From an uncultured Gemmatimonadales bacterium (GTDB lineage: Bacteria > Gemmatimonadota > Gemmatimonadetes > Gemmatimonadales > GWC2-71-9): a DNA stretch of 64,000 nt. The stretch lies in the NCBI GenBank assembly GCA_963828735.1, contig CAWHFW010000005.1:640001-704000 (forward strand), read 5' to 3'. Shown here one piece after another: positions 26,459 to 35,749 of the stretch. Both the position numbers and the translations under genes were made by a program. Within the stretch, counting starts at the first letter, position 1; the number at the start of each line of letters is the position of its first letter. Below the pieces are notes generated by a model. It did no database searches. It was not told the origin of the DNA and was given only the letters and a program-made list of their open reading frames with translations.

Positions 26459-27700
26459 CTAGCGCCTTCGCATTATCACTGTCACCATCTGAGGGCTGTT
26501 GGTCGCTCCCGTAGCCGATACCTTAATCCAGCCTGAGTAGGTGCCCAACGGCAGGCCTGTGCCATCAACCGAAAACTTCATGGTAGACGGCGCTGTCCCT
26601 GATACCGGGGGGGATCTCCTGAGCCAAGTCCCGTTCTTACTGGATGTCCAGTTGAGTGTCCCACCCCCAGTGTTGCTGATGGCCACGGATATAGTCGACG
26701 GGCATGGTCGATTGCCCCCGATTGCAGGGTAACAGAGAACGAATACGGGGGGGAGGGGCAAGATGGTGATGGTAGGTGCCACCCGGTAGACGCCGTCCTC
26801 GAAACCGCTGAGCGCCATGTCCAGGTTGTAGGTGACGACCAGGGAGTCTCCCTGGTAGGTGGCGGTTGCCTGCCACTGCGGCCGGCTCGCGTCGAAGTCG
26901 AGACTGATGGACGCGTTCACCCGCGCATACCTCCCCGTGTACTCGAAGAAGCCGAAGGACGTCGTCAGGTATTGCAGGGCAAAGGTGCTATCCTCGTAGA
27001 GGACGTAGCGGGATTTCGCGCCGCTCGCTTCCGCGGAGACCCGGACGTACGTCAGCGCGCCCGCGGGAACGGGCGGAAACGCGCCCGGTGGACCGGGCGC
27101 AGCGGGGACGGGGATCCTCCGGGAGACGGTCCCCGTCGCCCCCACGTCGTCGGTGACGGTCAGCGCGACCAGGTAATGGCCGGTGGCCGCGTAGCCGTGC
27201 ACCGGGTTCGCTTCTGTGCTGGTCTCGCCGTCGCCGAAGTCCCAGGCGTACGACGCCACCGAGCCGCCGACGTTGCCGTCGGAACTCCCATCGCTGAAGG
27301 TGCAGGTGAGGTCGGTGCAGGAGACCGTGAAATCCGCCGTGGGAGCGACATTCGCCTCACTCGCGTCCACCTCCCTGGTGGCGGTCGCGGTCTCGCCGTC
27401 ATCGTCGGTCACGGTGAGCGTCACGGTGAACCGGCCGCCCGGGGCGGGATAGGTGTGGACCGCATCCCGCGTGGTCACATGGGGGCCGTGGTCGCCGAAG
27501 TCCCAGTCGTAGCCCTCGATGGTGCCGTCGGTATCGGTGCTGCTGTTAGCGAACGTGCAGGTGAGCGGGTTGCACTGGGCCGCGAAAGCCGCCGTCGGTG
27601 CTGTGTTCGACGGACTGTTCGACGGATCGGTGCCCTCGTCACCGCAGGCCGCGAGCAACGCGGCAACGGCGACCAAGGGAAAGACATGCGAGAAGCGCAT
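26459..27700 (-). CDS. PKD-domain lipoprotein (two PKD domains plus C-terminal BACON/Ig-like domain)
   Basis: LAAC lipobox; YDWDFGD and YAWDFGDG, VTLTVTDD; ISNTGGGTLNWTSS..WL..SGTAPST. Confidence 0.85.
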   Translation of the reverse strand: MRFSHVFPLVAVAALLAACGDEGTDPSNSPSNTAPTAAFAAQCNPLTCTFANSSTDTDGTIEGYDWDFGDHGPHVTTRDAVHTYPAPGGRFTVTLTVTDDDGETATATREVDASEANVAPTADFTVSCTDLTCTFSDGSSDGNVGGSVASYAWDFGDGETSTEANPVHGYAATGHYLVALTVTDDVGATGTVSRRIPVPAAPGPPGAFPPVPAGALTYVRVSAEASGAKSRYVLYEDSTFALQYLTTSFGFFEYTGRYARVNASISLDFDASRPQWQATATYQGDSLVVTYNLDMALSGFEDGVYRVAPTITILPLPPVFVLCYPAIGGNRPCPSTISVAISNTGGGTLNWTSSKNGTWLRRSPPVSGTAPSTMKFSVDGTGLPLGTYSGWIKVSATGATNSPQMVTVIMRRR

Positions 27701-28064
27701 AGTAGCTGCGAGTGCCACGTGCCGATTCATGCGCACGGCTCCTCCTCAAGTCATGAGTTCTGAACTTTCACGAGGCGTGGAGCTGCGTGAGCGGCGGGTG
27801 GCACACAGGGCACAGGAGTACCCGGAGCCCTGCGCATGGAAAGCACCCTTGGCCGCGAGCGCGAAGCCGGGGCGGGCCGGAGCGGCTCGTGCCGGGTGGG
27901 GCTGTGGAGGGTATGCGCCTATGCTACCGCGTATTCCTTGCCCGTCAAGGCGACCGGCTGCGGGCCCACCGGGGGAGCCGGATACCCAGGGCCTTGGCGT
28001 TCTGGCGCAATTCCCAGCGCCGGAGCGGCCCGCCAGCCACGCGATAGGCGCGGAGCAGATCGGC

Positions 28065-28580
28065 CTAGGTGAAGGCGTAGAACGCTATCCCGTCATCGGT
28101 GACGGCGAAGCGCACGGGCACCCCGGCGGCGAGCACGGCGGCGGCGAAATGTGCCCGTTCCCCTTGTCCCGATCCGAGCGGGCGTCGGCGAGCACGTCCG
28201 GCGCTCATTTCTTCCGTGTCGAGGCGCGCGCCTCGGCCAGCGCGGCTTCCAACTGCTCGACGCGGGTGTTCAGGGCCGACAACGCGGCATCGGTGCGATG
28301 CACCGGTCCAATGCCTGGGCGATGGACGCCTGAGTGATCGGGTCCATGTGCGCCTCAAAGCAGGTAGTCGAGGTCCCGCGCTCGGGCCGCGCGGTATTCG
28401 TCGTCCATCGGGCCACGCTCGGCTTCGACTTCGGCGATCAGTTCCGCCGTCAGCTTGGCGAGCCCATAGTGCGGTGAGCCGGGGTACGCGGTCCCGTTGG
28501 GGTCGAGCACGATGTAGCTCCGCTGATCCTTCGAGATCAAGATGCAGGAGGCGAGGGCGGCGCTGGTACAGGTGGGGGGC
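28065..28580 (-). pseudogene. Cluster of truncated or frameshifted small phage-like ORFs
   Basis: Start-less ORF ending at 28355; MDPITQASIAQALDR frameshifted into HRTDAALSALNTRVEQLEAALAEARASTRKK*; overlapping ATGA ORF running to 28065. Confidence 0.4.
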
Positions 28581-28713
28581 CGGAGTGTTATCCCCGGTGT
28601 CATCCCACAGGTCCAAAATCAGGCCAAAACTGACAATCAGCAAGCAAAAGCGGCAACAAGCCCGGTTGCCCGTAACTCGTTGCCGCTCTCGCTAATCCGT
28701 TGTCTTGCTGAGG

Positions 28714-28786
28714 CTCCCGAGGAGGGACTCGAACCCCCGACCCGGTGATTAACAGTCACCTGCTCTACCAACTGAGCTACTCGGGA
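28714..28786 (-). tRNA. tRNA-Asn (GTT)
   Basis: TCCCGAG acceptor stem, TAGCTCAGTTGGTAGAGC D arm, GTGAC-TGTTAA-TCAC anticodon arm, GGTTCGAGTCC T arm; followed by CCT, so CCA is not fully encoded. Confidence 0.97.
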
Positions 28787-28860
28787 AGAAGATAGCACTG
28801 CGCGGGGTAGAATTTCGCCCGCTCGGTATCGAGGGTCAAGGCGCAACTGCCTTAAGCCTA

Positions 28861-28911
28861 GAGGTCCTGTCGGCCTGCGTCCTATCGGGGCAGCCGGGCC
28901 GACAGGACCTC
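28861..28911. repeat. Perfect 15-bp inverted repeat upstream of tRNA-Asn
   Basis: gaggtcctgtcggcc (28861-28875) / ggccgacaggacctc (28897-28911). Confidence 0.8.
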
Positions 28912-29263
28912 ATTTCGACACTGGCCCTGCATCACTTTCACGCCAAACCTCGAGCGACCCAGATCGACGGGACAAGGGCGGGAGTCGAGGCGCCATCAAG
29001 GCGTCACTATATGACCATCACGCCGCCACCGACAAGCCCCAGCCAGCGGTCGGGGGTAATGCGACAAAGGGAGCGGATCTCGCAACCGGGATACCTGGCC
29101 GATGGCAAACCCCAGCGAGCGTTCTCCCGCCCTAAGAAGCGAAGTAGCTTCCCGTGGCTACTTTATGCGGCAAAGTGATACCGACGACCAACTTAAGTCA
29201 TTGTTGAAAAACATGTTACACCGCGTAGCTACCCTTTTCCCCAGCGCTCCTTACCTTCTGTCC

Positions 29264-30355
29264 ATGTCGCTGCCACCCATGACCGGGCACGCAACCGCCC
29301 GTCAGCGCTTGGCTCAAGCGGTCCGAACTGACCGCCTCCCCCAGGTGATCACCATCTCCGGCCCGCCGGGGATCGGGAAACAGCGGCTGGCGCTCTGGCT
29401 CAGCCAGCTCGTCTTCTGTCAGGAACGAGGTCTCGAGCCGTGCGGGCGCTGTCGGCCCTGTCGTCTCGTGGATGGGCTGAGCCACCCCGACCTGCACTGG
29501 TTCGTCCCGATTCCGCGTCCCAAGGCCGCGGATCCGGACAAGGCGATTGACGAAGCGGCCCAGGCCATCGCTGAGACGATGGACGAGCGCCGGACGAAGC
29601 CGCTCTACGGGCCGCCCGACGGGATGGCGAGCCACTCGATGGCGTCGGTGCGCCTGCTCCAGCGGCACGCTTCGCTCACCTCGGTGGAGGGCGGCCGCCG
29701 CGTGTTCATCCTCGGCGACGCCGAGCGCCTGGTGCCGCAGGAGTCCAGTCAGGAAGCGGCGAACGCGCTCCTCAAGCTGCTCGAGGAGCCGCCCAGGGGG
29801 AGCCTCTTTCTGCTTACGACCATGGATCCCCGTCGGCTCCTGCCGACCATCCGCTCCCGAGCGGTGCCGGTGCGGCTCAACCGCCTGGCGGATGACGAGG
29901 TGCGCGGGTTCCTCTCGCGCGAAGTGGACTCGCCGCTCGCCGGCCGCGCTCTCGAGGACCGCGTGGCGCTCGCCGGCGGCTCGATCGGCGATGCGCTGGC
30001 CGCCGGCGATGAGAGCGCCAAGGCCCATCGGGCGGCCGGGCAGCTCCTGGAAACGGTGCTCGCCGGCCCGGCCGACCGCTACGAGCGGGCGCTCAAGCAG
30101 GCGCCGTTCTCTGCCCGCGGCGAGTTCACCGCGATGCTCGATGCGCTGGCGGAGACGTTGGGTGACGCCGCCCGCGGCGGGATGGGTCAGGCCACCAGAC
30201 GCCCCGTCCCGCCGGCACTGCTCAAGCGTGCCGACACCGCGTCCCTGCTCCGCGCGATGGAACGGGTCGCCGAGGCTCGCGAAGCGGCGTACGGCAACGT
30301 CAACCCGCAGATCCTCCTCGCCGCCCTGGGCGAGGACCTGGCGGAGGTGTTGTGA
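29264..30355 (+). CDS. holB: DNA polymerase III subunit delta-prime
   Basis: GPPGIGKQ, C..CGRCRPC zinc motif, HPDLHW, AANALLKLLEEPP, LLPTIRSR. Confidence 0.9.
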   Translation: MSLPPMTGHATARQRLAQAVRTDRLPQVITISGPPGIGKQRLALWLSQLVFCQERGLEPCGRCRPCRLVDGLSHPDLHWFVPIPRPKAADPDKAIDEAAQAIAETMDERRTKPLYGPPDGMASHSMASVRLLQRHASLTSVEGGRRVFILGDAERLVPQESSQEAANALLKLLEEPPRGSLFLLTTMDPRRLLPTIRSRAVPVRLNRLADDEVRGFLSREVDSPLAGRALEDRVALAGGSIGDALAAGDESAKAHRAAGQLLETVLAGPADRYERALKQAPFSARGEFTAMLDALAETLGDAARGGMGQATRRPVPPALLKRADTASLLRAMERVAEAREAAYGNVNPQILLAALGEDLAEVL

Positions 30356-30831
30356 AGCTGAGCCACCTCGACGAGGCGAGCCGGGCGCGCATGGTGGACG
30401 TGGGCGGCAAGCCGGAGACGGAGCGCACGGCCACCGCCGAGGGACTGGTGAGGATGTCGCGCGAGGCCTACGAGCAGGTGGCCGCGCACGCCGTCGCGAA
30501 GGGCGACGTGCTGGCGGTGGCGGAGGTCGCCGGGGTGATGGCGGCCAAGCGCACCGGCGAGTTGATCCCGCTGTGTCACCCGCTGGGGCTCGACGTCGTG
30601 ACCGTCGAGGCACGGCTGGAGCCGGACCTGCCGGGCCTGCGCGTGACCGCAACGGCAAAGGTGACGGGGCGCACAGGCGTCGAGATGGAGGCGCTCACAG
30701 CCGCAACCGTGGCGTGCCTGACAGTTTATGATATGGTGAAAGCCATAGACCGGGCGATGGTCATCGAAGGTGTTCGTCTGCTCAGCAAGACCGGGGGGAC
30801 CCGGGGAGACTGGCGCCGCTCCGATCCCTAG
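30352..30831 (+). CDS. moaC: Cyclic pyranopterin monophosphate synthase
   Basis: LSHLD..ARMVDVG, LIPLCHPL, TGVEMEALTA, TVYDMVKAID, KTGG. Confidence 0.96.
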   Translation: MKLSHLDEASRARMVDVGGKPETERTATAEGLVRMSREAYEQVAAHAVAKGDVLAVAEVAGVMAAKRTGELIPLCHPLGLDVVTVEARLEPDLPGLRVTATAKVTGRTGVEMEALTAATVACLTVYDMVKAIDRAMVIEGVRLLSKTGGTRGDWRRSDP

Positions 30832-30870
30832 GACCTGGAGGACGCGGCCTTCTCGTACAGGAGGTTGGCC

Positions 30871-31587
30871 ATGAAGCGACCGACCGATAAATACAACGAT
30901 CCCGGTCCGCGCACCCTGCGCAACCTGCTCGTGCGTGGTGGCCTCCTGCTCGTGACCGCGGCGGTCGTGGGCTCGCTGGCGGGCTGGACCAGGCGCGTTC
31001 GCGCCACCGATTCGGCCGCGAAGAGCGCGGACGCGACGATCATCGTCGCCGCGCGCCGCATCGGAAGCCTGGCGGACCAGCTGGCCGCCGCGAACGGCGA
31101 TCGGGACCTGCTCAAGATCCAGCTCGACCGCGCCAACGCGATCATGGCGAGCTCCAGCAAGTACCGGATCCCGGCCGACCTGGCCGCGTCGATCTACGAT
31201 GTCGCGCTGGGTGAGGGCATCGATCCGGCCCTTGGCTTCCAGCTGGTGAAGATCGAGAGCGACTTCAAGGCGAACGCCCGCAGCCCGATGGGGGCGATCG
31301 GCTACACGCAGGTGCAGGTGGCCACCGCGCGGTTCTATGAGCCGGGCGTGACCGAGCGGGCGCTGATGACGAACCGCGAGCTGAACCTGCGGATCGGCTT
31401 CCGCTTCCTGAACGAGTTGCTGACGAGGTTCGACCGCAACACCCATCTCGCGCTCCTCGCGTACAATCGCGGGCCGGCCAAGGTGGCGGACATCCTGGCG
31501 CAGGGCGGCGACCCGACCAACGGGTATCCCGCCGCGGTGCTCGACGGCTATCGGGCGCCCAGCTCGACGGGACCGGGTTGGCGGTAG
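30871..31587 (+). CDS. Lytic transglycosylase (SLT domain) with N-terminal TM helix
   Basis: IESDF, SPMGAIGYTQV, NLRIGFRFL, ALLAYNRGP. Confidence 0.88.
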   Translation: MKRPTDKYNDPGPRTLRNLLVRGGLLLVTAAVVGSLAGWTRRVRATDSAAKSADATIIVAARRIGSLADQLAAANGDRDLLKIQLDRANAIMASSSKYRIPADLAASIYDVALGEGIDPALGFQLVKIESDFKANARSPMGAIGYTQVQVATARFYEPGVTERALMTNRELNLRIGFRFLNELLTRFDRNTHLALLAYNRGPAKVADILAQGGDPTNGYPAAVLDGYRAPSSTGPGWR

Positions 31588-31623
31588 CCGCTCGGCGGTA
31601 AGCCGGAGTCGCTGGAGCAAGCG

Positions 31624-31657
31624 AAGGGGGCATGCGCGGACGCATGCCCCCCTTTGT
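31624..31657. terminator. Intrinsic terminator between convergent transglycosylase genes
   Basis: gggggcatgcg-cgga-cgcatgccccc followed by ctttgttt. Confidence 0.75.
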
Positions 31658-31689
31658 TTCGTTTGGGATGACCCGCGAGCGCTATCCCG

Positions 31690-33399
31690 TCATCCAGGAA
31701 TCTTGATCGTTGCGCCGGCGCGGAGCCCATCCTCGCCGGACAGGCCGTTCGCGTCCCGGAGCGCCTGCACCGACACGCCGTAACGCTTGGCGAGGCCGCT
31801 CAGCGTCTCCCCGCGCCGTACGGTGTGCCTGCGCGCCGCCGAGGCGTCGGATGAGGCGAGCTTCGTCGGGCTCGCGCGCCGTTCGGCCCGGGGCGCCGTC
31901 ACGCGGAGTCGCTGACCCGACCGGATCCCGTCCTCGGGCCCGAGGCCGTTCCAGGCCCGAATCTGTCGCACGGTGACGCCGTACTCCGACGCGAGGCCCG
32001 AGAGGGTCTCGCCACGACGCACGCGGTGGAATCCGGTGGCGCTGCTCGACGCCGGCTCCACCGGGTCAGCCATGCGGCGAGCCACCGAGGTGGAGATGGC
32101 GCCGCCCGTCGGCACGATCACCCGCATTCCCGGCCGCAGCATGCGCCCGCGCAGCTTGGGGTTCGCCTCCGTCAGGAGCCGCTGGCTCACGTGGTAGCGC
32201 GCGGCGATTCCGCTCATCGTCTCGCCCCGCGCCACCGTGTGCTCGACGAAGGTGATACGCCGCGCGGGCGGCAGCTCGGCGTAGGCCGCGACCGTGGAAG
32301 GCCCACGGCCGGTGGGGATCCGCACCAGGGAGGCGACTCCCGGCGGCGTGGCGAGACGGAGATACTGCGGATTCATCTCGCGGATGGCGGCGACAGTGGT
32401 ATCGGCCAGGCGGGCGATCACGTCAAGGCCGGTCATCGTGGGCACGACGATCGAGTCGTAGCTCGACGGCTCGACGGAGTCGATGTGAAAGCCGTAGCGC
32501 GCCGGCTCCTTCGCGATGCGCGCCGCGGCGATCAGCTTCGGAACGTAGTCCTTGGTCTCGCGACGCAGCAGCTTAGTGTCGTAGAGCCGGAAGAAGGTGG
32601 CGTCCGAGTTGATCGAGTCGGCGTCCTCGTCGTCGGGCAGGCGGCGCACGCCGCGCGAGACCTTGCCCGCTCCGGCGTTGTAGGCGGCCGCCGCCATATA
32701 CACGGAACCGAACCGCGCGTTCAGACCCTTGAGATGCCGGGCCGCGGCCGTCGTCGCCCGATACGGATCCCGCCGCTCGTCCACCCACGAATCGACCCGC
32801 AGGCCGTAACCTCTCGCCGTGCCCTTCATGAACTGCCACATGCCCACGGCCTTGGCGCGGCTCGTCGCGGTGTTGGAGAAGCCGCTCTCGATCAGCGCGA
32901 GATACACGAGGTCGCCCGGCAGGCCTTGCTCCGCCAGGCGCTGGCGGATCATGCCCTCGTAGCGCGGCATGCGCGCGAGCCAGGTCCCCATGCGCTCGCG
33001 ACCCTTCCCCTGGAAGAAGTCCAGGTAGTACTGCACGCGATCGTGACTGGTGTACGTGTCGACGTCGATGTCCCATCTGACCGGCGTCGGGGTCAGCGCA
33101 TCGTCGGCGGCGTCCTCATCGCCCGGGTGCGCCTCATCGAGCTCCTCGAGCACGGCTTCGTCGGCCGCGCTGTCGGCCGCGAGGCGAAGCTCGGCCGCAA
33201 GCTCGTCCGCAGGGACCAGCGTGTCGAGGTCGGGCGCGGGCGGCAGGAGTGCTTCGCTGGCCTGGGGGGCGTGCGCGAGCGAGTCGGTCGGGGCGGCGGG
33301 CAGCGCGGCCTCTGGCACGGGCCCGCCCTCCTGCGGGCGCCGATGACCGCCGCACGCGAGGGTGACCGCAAGGAACGACAAGAGGACGAACCGCTGCAT
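31690..33399 (-). CDS. MltD-like lytic transglycosylase lipoprotein with LysM domains
   Basis: LAC lipobox; LALIESGF, GMWQFM, AAAAYNAG, ETKDYVPK; three VxRGET LysM repeats. Confidence 0.92.
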   Translation of the reverse strand: MQRFVLLSFLAVTLACGGHRRPQEGGPVPEAALPAAPTDSLAHAPQASEALLPPAPDLDTLVPADELAAELRLAADSAADEAVLEELDEAHPGDEDAADDALTPTPVRWDIDVDTYTSHDRVQYYLDFFQGKGRERMGTWLARMPRYEGMIRQRLAEQGLPGDLVYLALIESGFSNTATSRAKAVGMWQFMKGTARGYGLRVDSWVDERRDPYRATTAAARHLKGLNARFGSVYMAAAAYNAGAGKVSRGVRRLPDDEDADSINSDATFFRLYDTKLLRRETKDYVPKLIAAARIAKEPARYGFHIDSVEPSSYDSIVVPTMTGLDVIARLADTTVAAIREMNPQYLRLATPPGVASLVRIPTGRGPSTVAAYAELPPARRITFVEHTVARGETMSGIAARYHVSQRLLTEANPKLRGRMLRPGMRVIVPTGGAISTSVARRMADPVEPASSSATGFHRVRRGETLSGLASEYGVTVRQIRAWNGLGPEDGIRSGQRLRVTAPRAERRASPTKLASSDASAARRHTVRRGETLSGLAKRYGVSVQALRDANGLSGEDGLRAGATIKIPG

Positions 33400-33533
33400 C
33401 ACGTACTCCGGGGTGAGCGGAGAAACGGTACCTCCGACCGGGCAGGGCACGCGAGCCGGTTCGGGGAACATTCGGGTACGCAAACCGCGGGAGCCGAGGC
33501 GAACTACGGCAAGCTGCCCGGCCTCCGAGGCGT

Positions 33534-33953
33534 CTAACGCATGAAGAGGCGGTTACCCAGGATACGGTTGGTAGCGTTCAGCACGGCGAGTGCCGCACCT
33601 CGGGCAGCGTCGCTTTCGGTGAGGTAGGAGCCGACGACGCGGTGCCCACTGCCTTCGCCCTGCACGGCCAGCGACACGATGACGACGGTGGCGTCGAAGG
33701 CTCGAACGGCCTTCACGCCGAGGAGCTCGAACCTCATGTCGCCCTGCACTGCCTGCGTGAGGGCCTCCACGCACGCCTGTGCTGAGCACCGCAGCTCACC
33801 GGCCTGCGAGCCGAGTCCTTCGTTCTCCGCGGTGAAATGCTCCGAGTCCTTCCAGGTCAGCCCAACCCTCGCGCGGCACCGCCCGTTCGGCAGCCGGTCG
33901 AGCACGAACTCGGAAAATCGGAGCCGTTCGCTGAGCGGGTTGGGAGGCGACAT
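33534..33953 (-). CDS. Conserved-looking hypothetical protein
   Basis: GAGGAG RBS; FELLGVKAVRAFDATVVIV..AALAVLNATNRILG; host-like codons. Confidence 0.7.
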   Translation of the reverse strand: MSPPNPLSERLRFSEFVLDRLPNGRCRARVGLTWKDSEHFTAENEGLGSQAGELRCSAQACVEALTQAVQGDMRFELLGVKAVRAFDATVVIVSLAVQGEGSGHRVVGSYLTESDAARGAALAVLNATNRILGNRLFMR

Positions 33954-33990
33954 AGCGCTCCTCGGGGGGCAAAGGCCATGCCAGTCAACG

Positions 33991-34254
33991 TCATGCGGTC
34001 TCGAAACGGACCTCGAGCTGATTGCCGTGCTCGGCGGGCGGACGGATGACATCGACCTCGAGCTGCGGATGGCCGGCCTCGTCCATATCCACGCCGACAA
34101 CCAGCAGCTGGCCGTCGGCCATCTCGACGCGGAGCTGCCGCCGATCCGAGCGCATCACGGCCCCGCCCACGGTATGCCCGCGAACGGCGGCAAGCGTCTC
34201 GGTAATACGACGGAGGTCCTGGAGCGACACCGGGCGCACGGGAGGGCGGGTCAT
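33991..34254 (-). CDS. Hypothetical protein
   Basis: ATG overlaps upstream stop; 87 aa MTRPPVRPVSLQDLRR... Confidence 0.6.
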   Translation of the reverse strand: MTRPPVRPVSLQDLRRITETLAAVRGHTVGGAVMRSDRRQLRVEMADGQLLVVGVDMDEAGHPQLEVDVIRPPAEHGNQLEVRFETA

Positions 34255-34538
34255 TGCAGATGCTCCGCGAGGAAGGCGGCGATGGTGTCGTCCGGAATCT
34301 TTTCGGCCTGCGCGAACAGCGCGGACCGCGATGAGGACGAGAGCGGATAGGTGGCCCAGAACGAATCCTGCCCAACGTCGGTCGGTCGGAACGAGAACAC
34401 CAGATTCCACTGCGGGGAGTTGGCGCGTCGTTCAGCCGCGATTGACACGTTCCACCGCCGGTCGTCGTGTTCGACGACTCTCCACACCATCCGCAGGCTC
34501 CGGGCTGAGGCACCGCTCGGCCGTCGAGGGTCGGCCAA
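34251..34538 (-). CDS. Hypothetical protein
   Basis: 95-aa ORF coupled to the next gene; protein-like composition. Confidence 0.55.
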   Translation of the reverse strand: MADPRRPSGASARSLRMVWRVVEHDDRRWNVSIAAERRANSPQWNLVFSFRPTDVGQDSFWATYPLSSSSRSALFAQAEKIPDDTIAAFLAEHLQ

Positions 34539-34564
34539 TATGGGCCGCGGCCGGAGATCAGGTC

Positions 34565-34710
34565 AAGAGTCGGGGGTCCCGACCGAGCTGCCGTCGGCGG
34601 CGACGATGATGTCATGGGGGTCGGTGAGCGCCGAGAGAATCCTGCAGGAGCCGGGGCAGGTTCGGCGCTTCGTCGAGCGTCGGGATGGCGACCTACAGGA
34701 GCGTGGTCAG
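34565..34710 (-). pseudogene. N-terminal remnant of a GT2 glycosyltransferase
   Basis: LTTLL*VAIPTLDEAPNLPRLLQD (frameshift) LSALTDPHDIIVAADGSSVGT resembles the GT2 IPTLNE...VVDGGSTDGT motif. Confidence 0.6.
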
Positions 34711-35612
34711 CTCCGCACGAGGGCCTGGAAGCGGGTGCGGAGATCGCGCGTGATCGGGCCCGACTTGCCCGCGCCGATCAGCCGGCCATCCACCTGCCGG
34801 ATGGCGACGACCTCGGCGGCCGTGCCGGTGAAGAACGCCTCGTCCGCGGTATAGACGTCGTAGCGGTTGAGCATCGTTTCCCGGACCTCGTAGCCCGCGC
34901 CGCGCGCGAGCTCGATCACGACGTCGCGCGTCACGCCCTTGAGGATGCCCGCGTATACCGCCGGCGTCGAGAGGATGCCGTGCTTCGCGATGAACAGGTT
35001 CTGGCCGGAGCCTTCGGCGACGCTGCCCGCGCTGTCGAGCATGAGCACCTCGTCGGCGCCCGCCTGCACGCCCTCGATCTTGGCGAGGATGTGCGCCATG
35101 TAGTTGAGCGACTTCACCCGGGGCGAGAGCGACTCGCGCTGGGGAATCGGCGTCCCCGCGGTCACGACCTTGAGGCCCGTCTCGTACACTTCCTCGGGCC
35201 ACAACTTGATCGTGTCCACGATGATGATGATGGAGGGCCGAGGGCACTTCCGCGGATCGAGGCCGAGATCGCCCACGCCGCGGGTGATGATGTGGCGGAT
35301 GTAGCCCTCGGTGATGCCGGAGCGGCGGACGGCTTCCTCCGTCACGGCCGCCATCTCGTCGCGAGGCATCGGAATCGTGAGCCAGATGGCGTGCGCGGAG
35401 TCGTAGAGGCGCTCGAGGTGCTCCGCAAGGCGGAAAATCCTCCCGCCGTAGATGCGGATGCCTTCGAAGACTCCGTCGCCGTACAGCAATCCGTGATCGT
35501 ACACCGAGACCGTCGCGGTGTCGCGATCGTACCACTTGCCGTCGAGCCAGATCGTGGGCACACCGGCTCCCGCAGTCGGGGCCTGCTTGGCAGGCTGAAG
35601 GGTCGCGCTCAT
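34707..35612 (-). CDS. ilvE: Branched-chain amino acid aminotransferase
   Basis: DHGLLYGDGVFEGIR, KSLNY, EGSGQNLF, GILKGVTR, ADEAFFTGTAAEV. Confidence 0.95.
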   Translation of the reverse strand: MSATLQPAKQAPTAGAGVPTIWLDGKWYDRDTATVSVYDHGLLYGDGVFEGIRIYGGRIFRLAEHLERLYDSAHAIWLTIPMPRDEMAAVTEEAVRRSGITEGYIRHIITRGVGDLGLDPRKCPRPSIIIIVDTIKLWPEEVYETGLKVVTAGTPIPQRESLSPRVKSLNYMAHILAKIEGVQAGADEVLMLDSAGSVAEGSGQNLFIAKHGILSTPAVYAGILKGVTRDVVIELARGAGYEVRETMLNRYDVYTADEAFFTGTAAEVVAIRQVDGRLIGAGKSGPITRDLRTRFQALVRS

Positions 35613-35749
35613 CTGGAGAATGTAACTAGGCGACAGCGCCTCCGCAGCTTGAGCCCGCCCCGACGGGAAGGCATCGGGCCAACGCGCCGGGCGGGGACGG
35701 TGTATGTGCTTGCGTTCGACCCCACGTACCCGATTTGGGAGGTTCGTCC

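Larger units (their letters stand above)
24777..28755. mobile_element. Decayed integrative element/prophage remnant inserted in tRNA-Asn
   Basis: Flanking att repeats, tyrosine integrase C-terminal fragment, truncated small ORFs, lower-GC cargo. Confidence 0.85.

Noticed and set aside
29100..29140. c-di-GMP-I riboswitch suggested by GGCAAACC
   Set aside because: Lacks the GAAA tetraloop stem and the downstream GCAAAG elements
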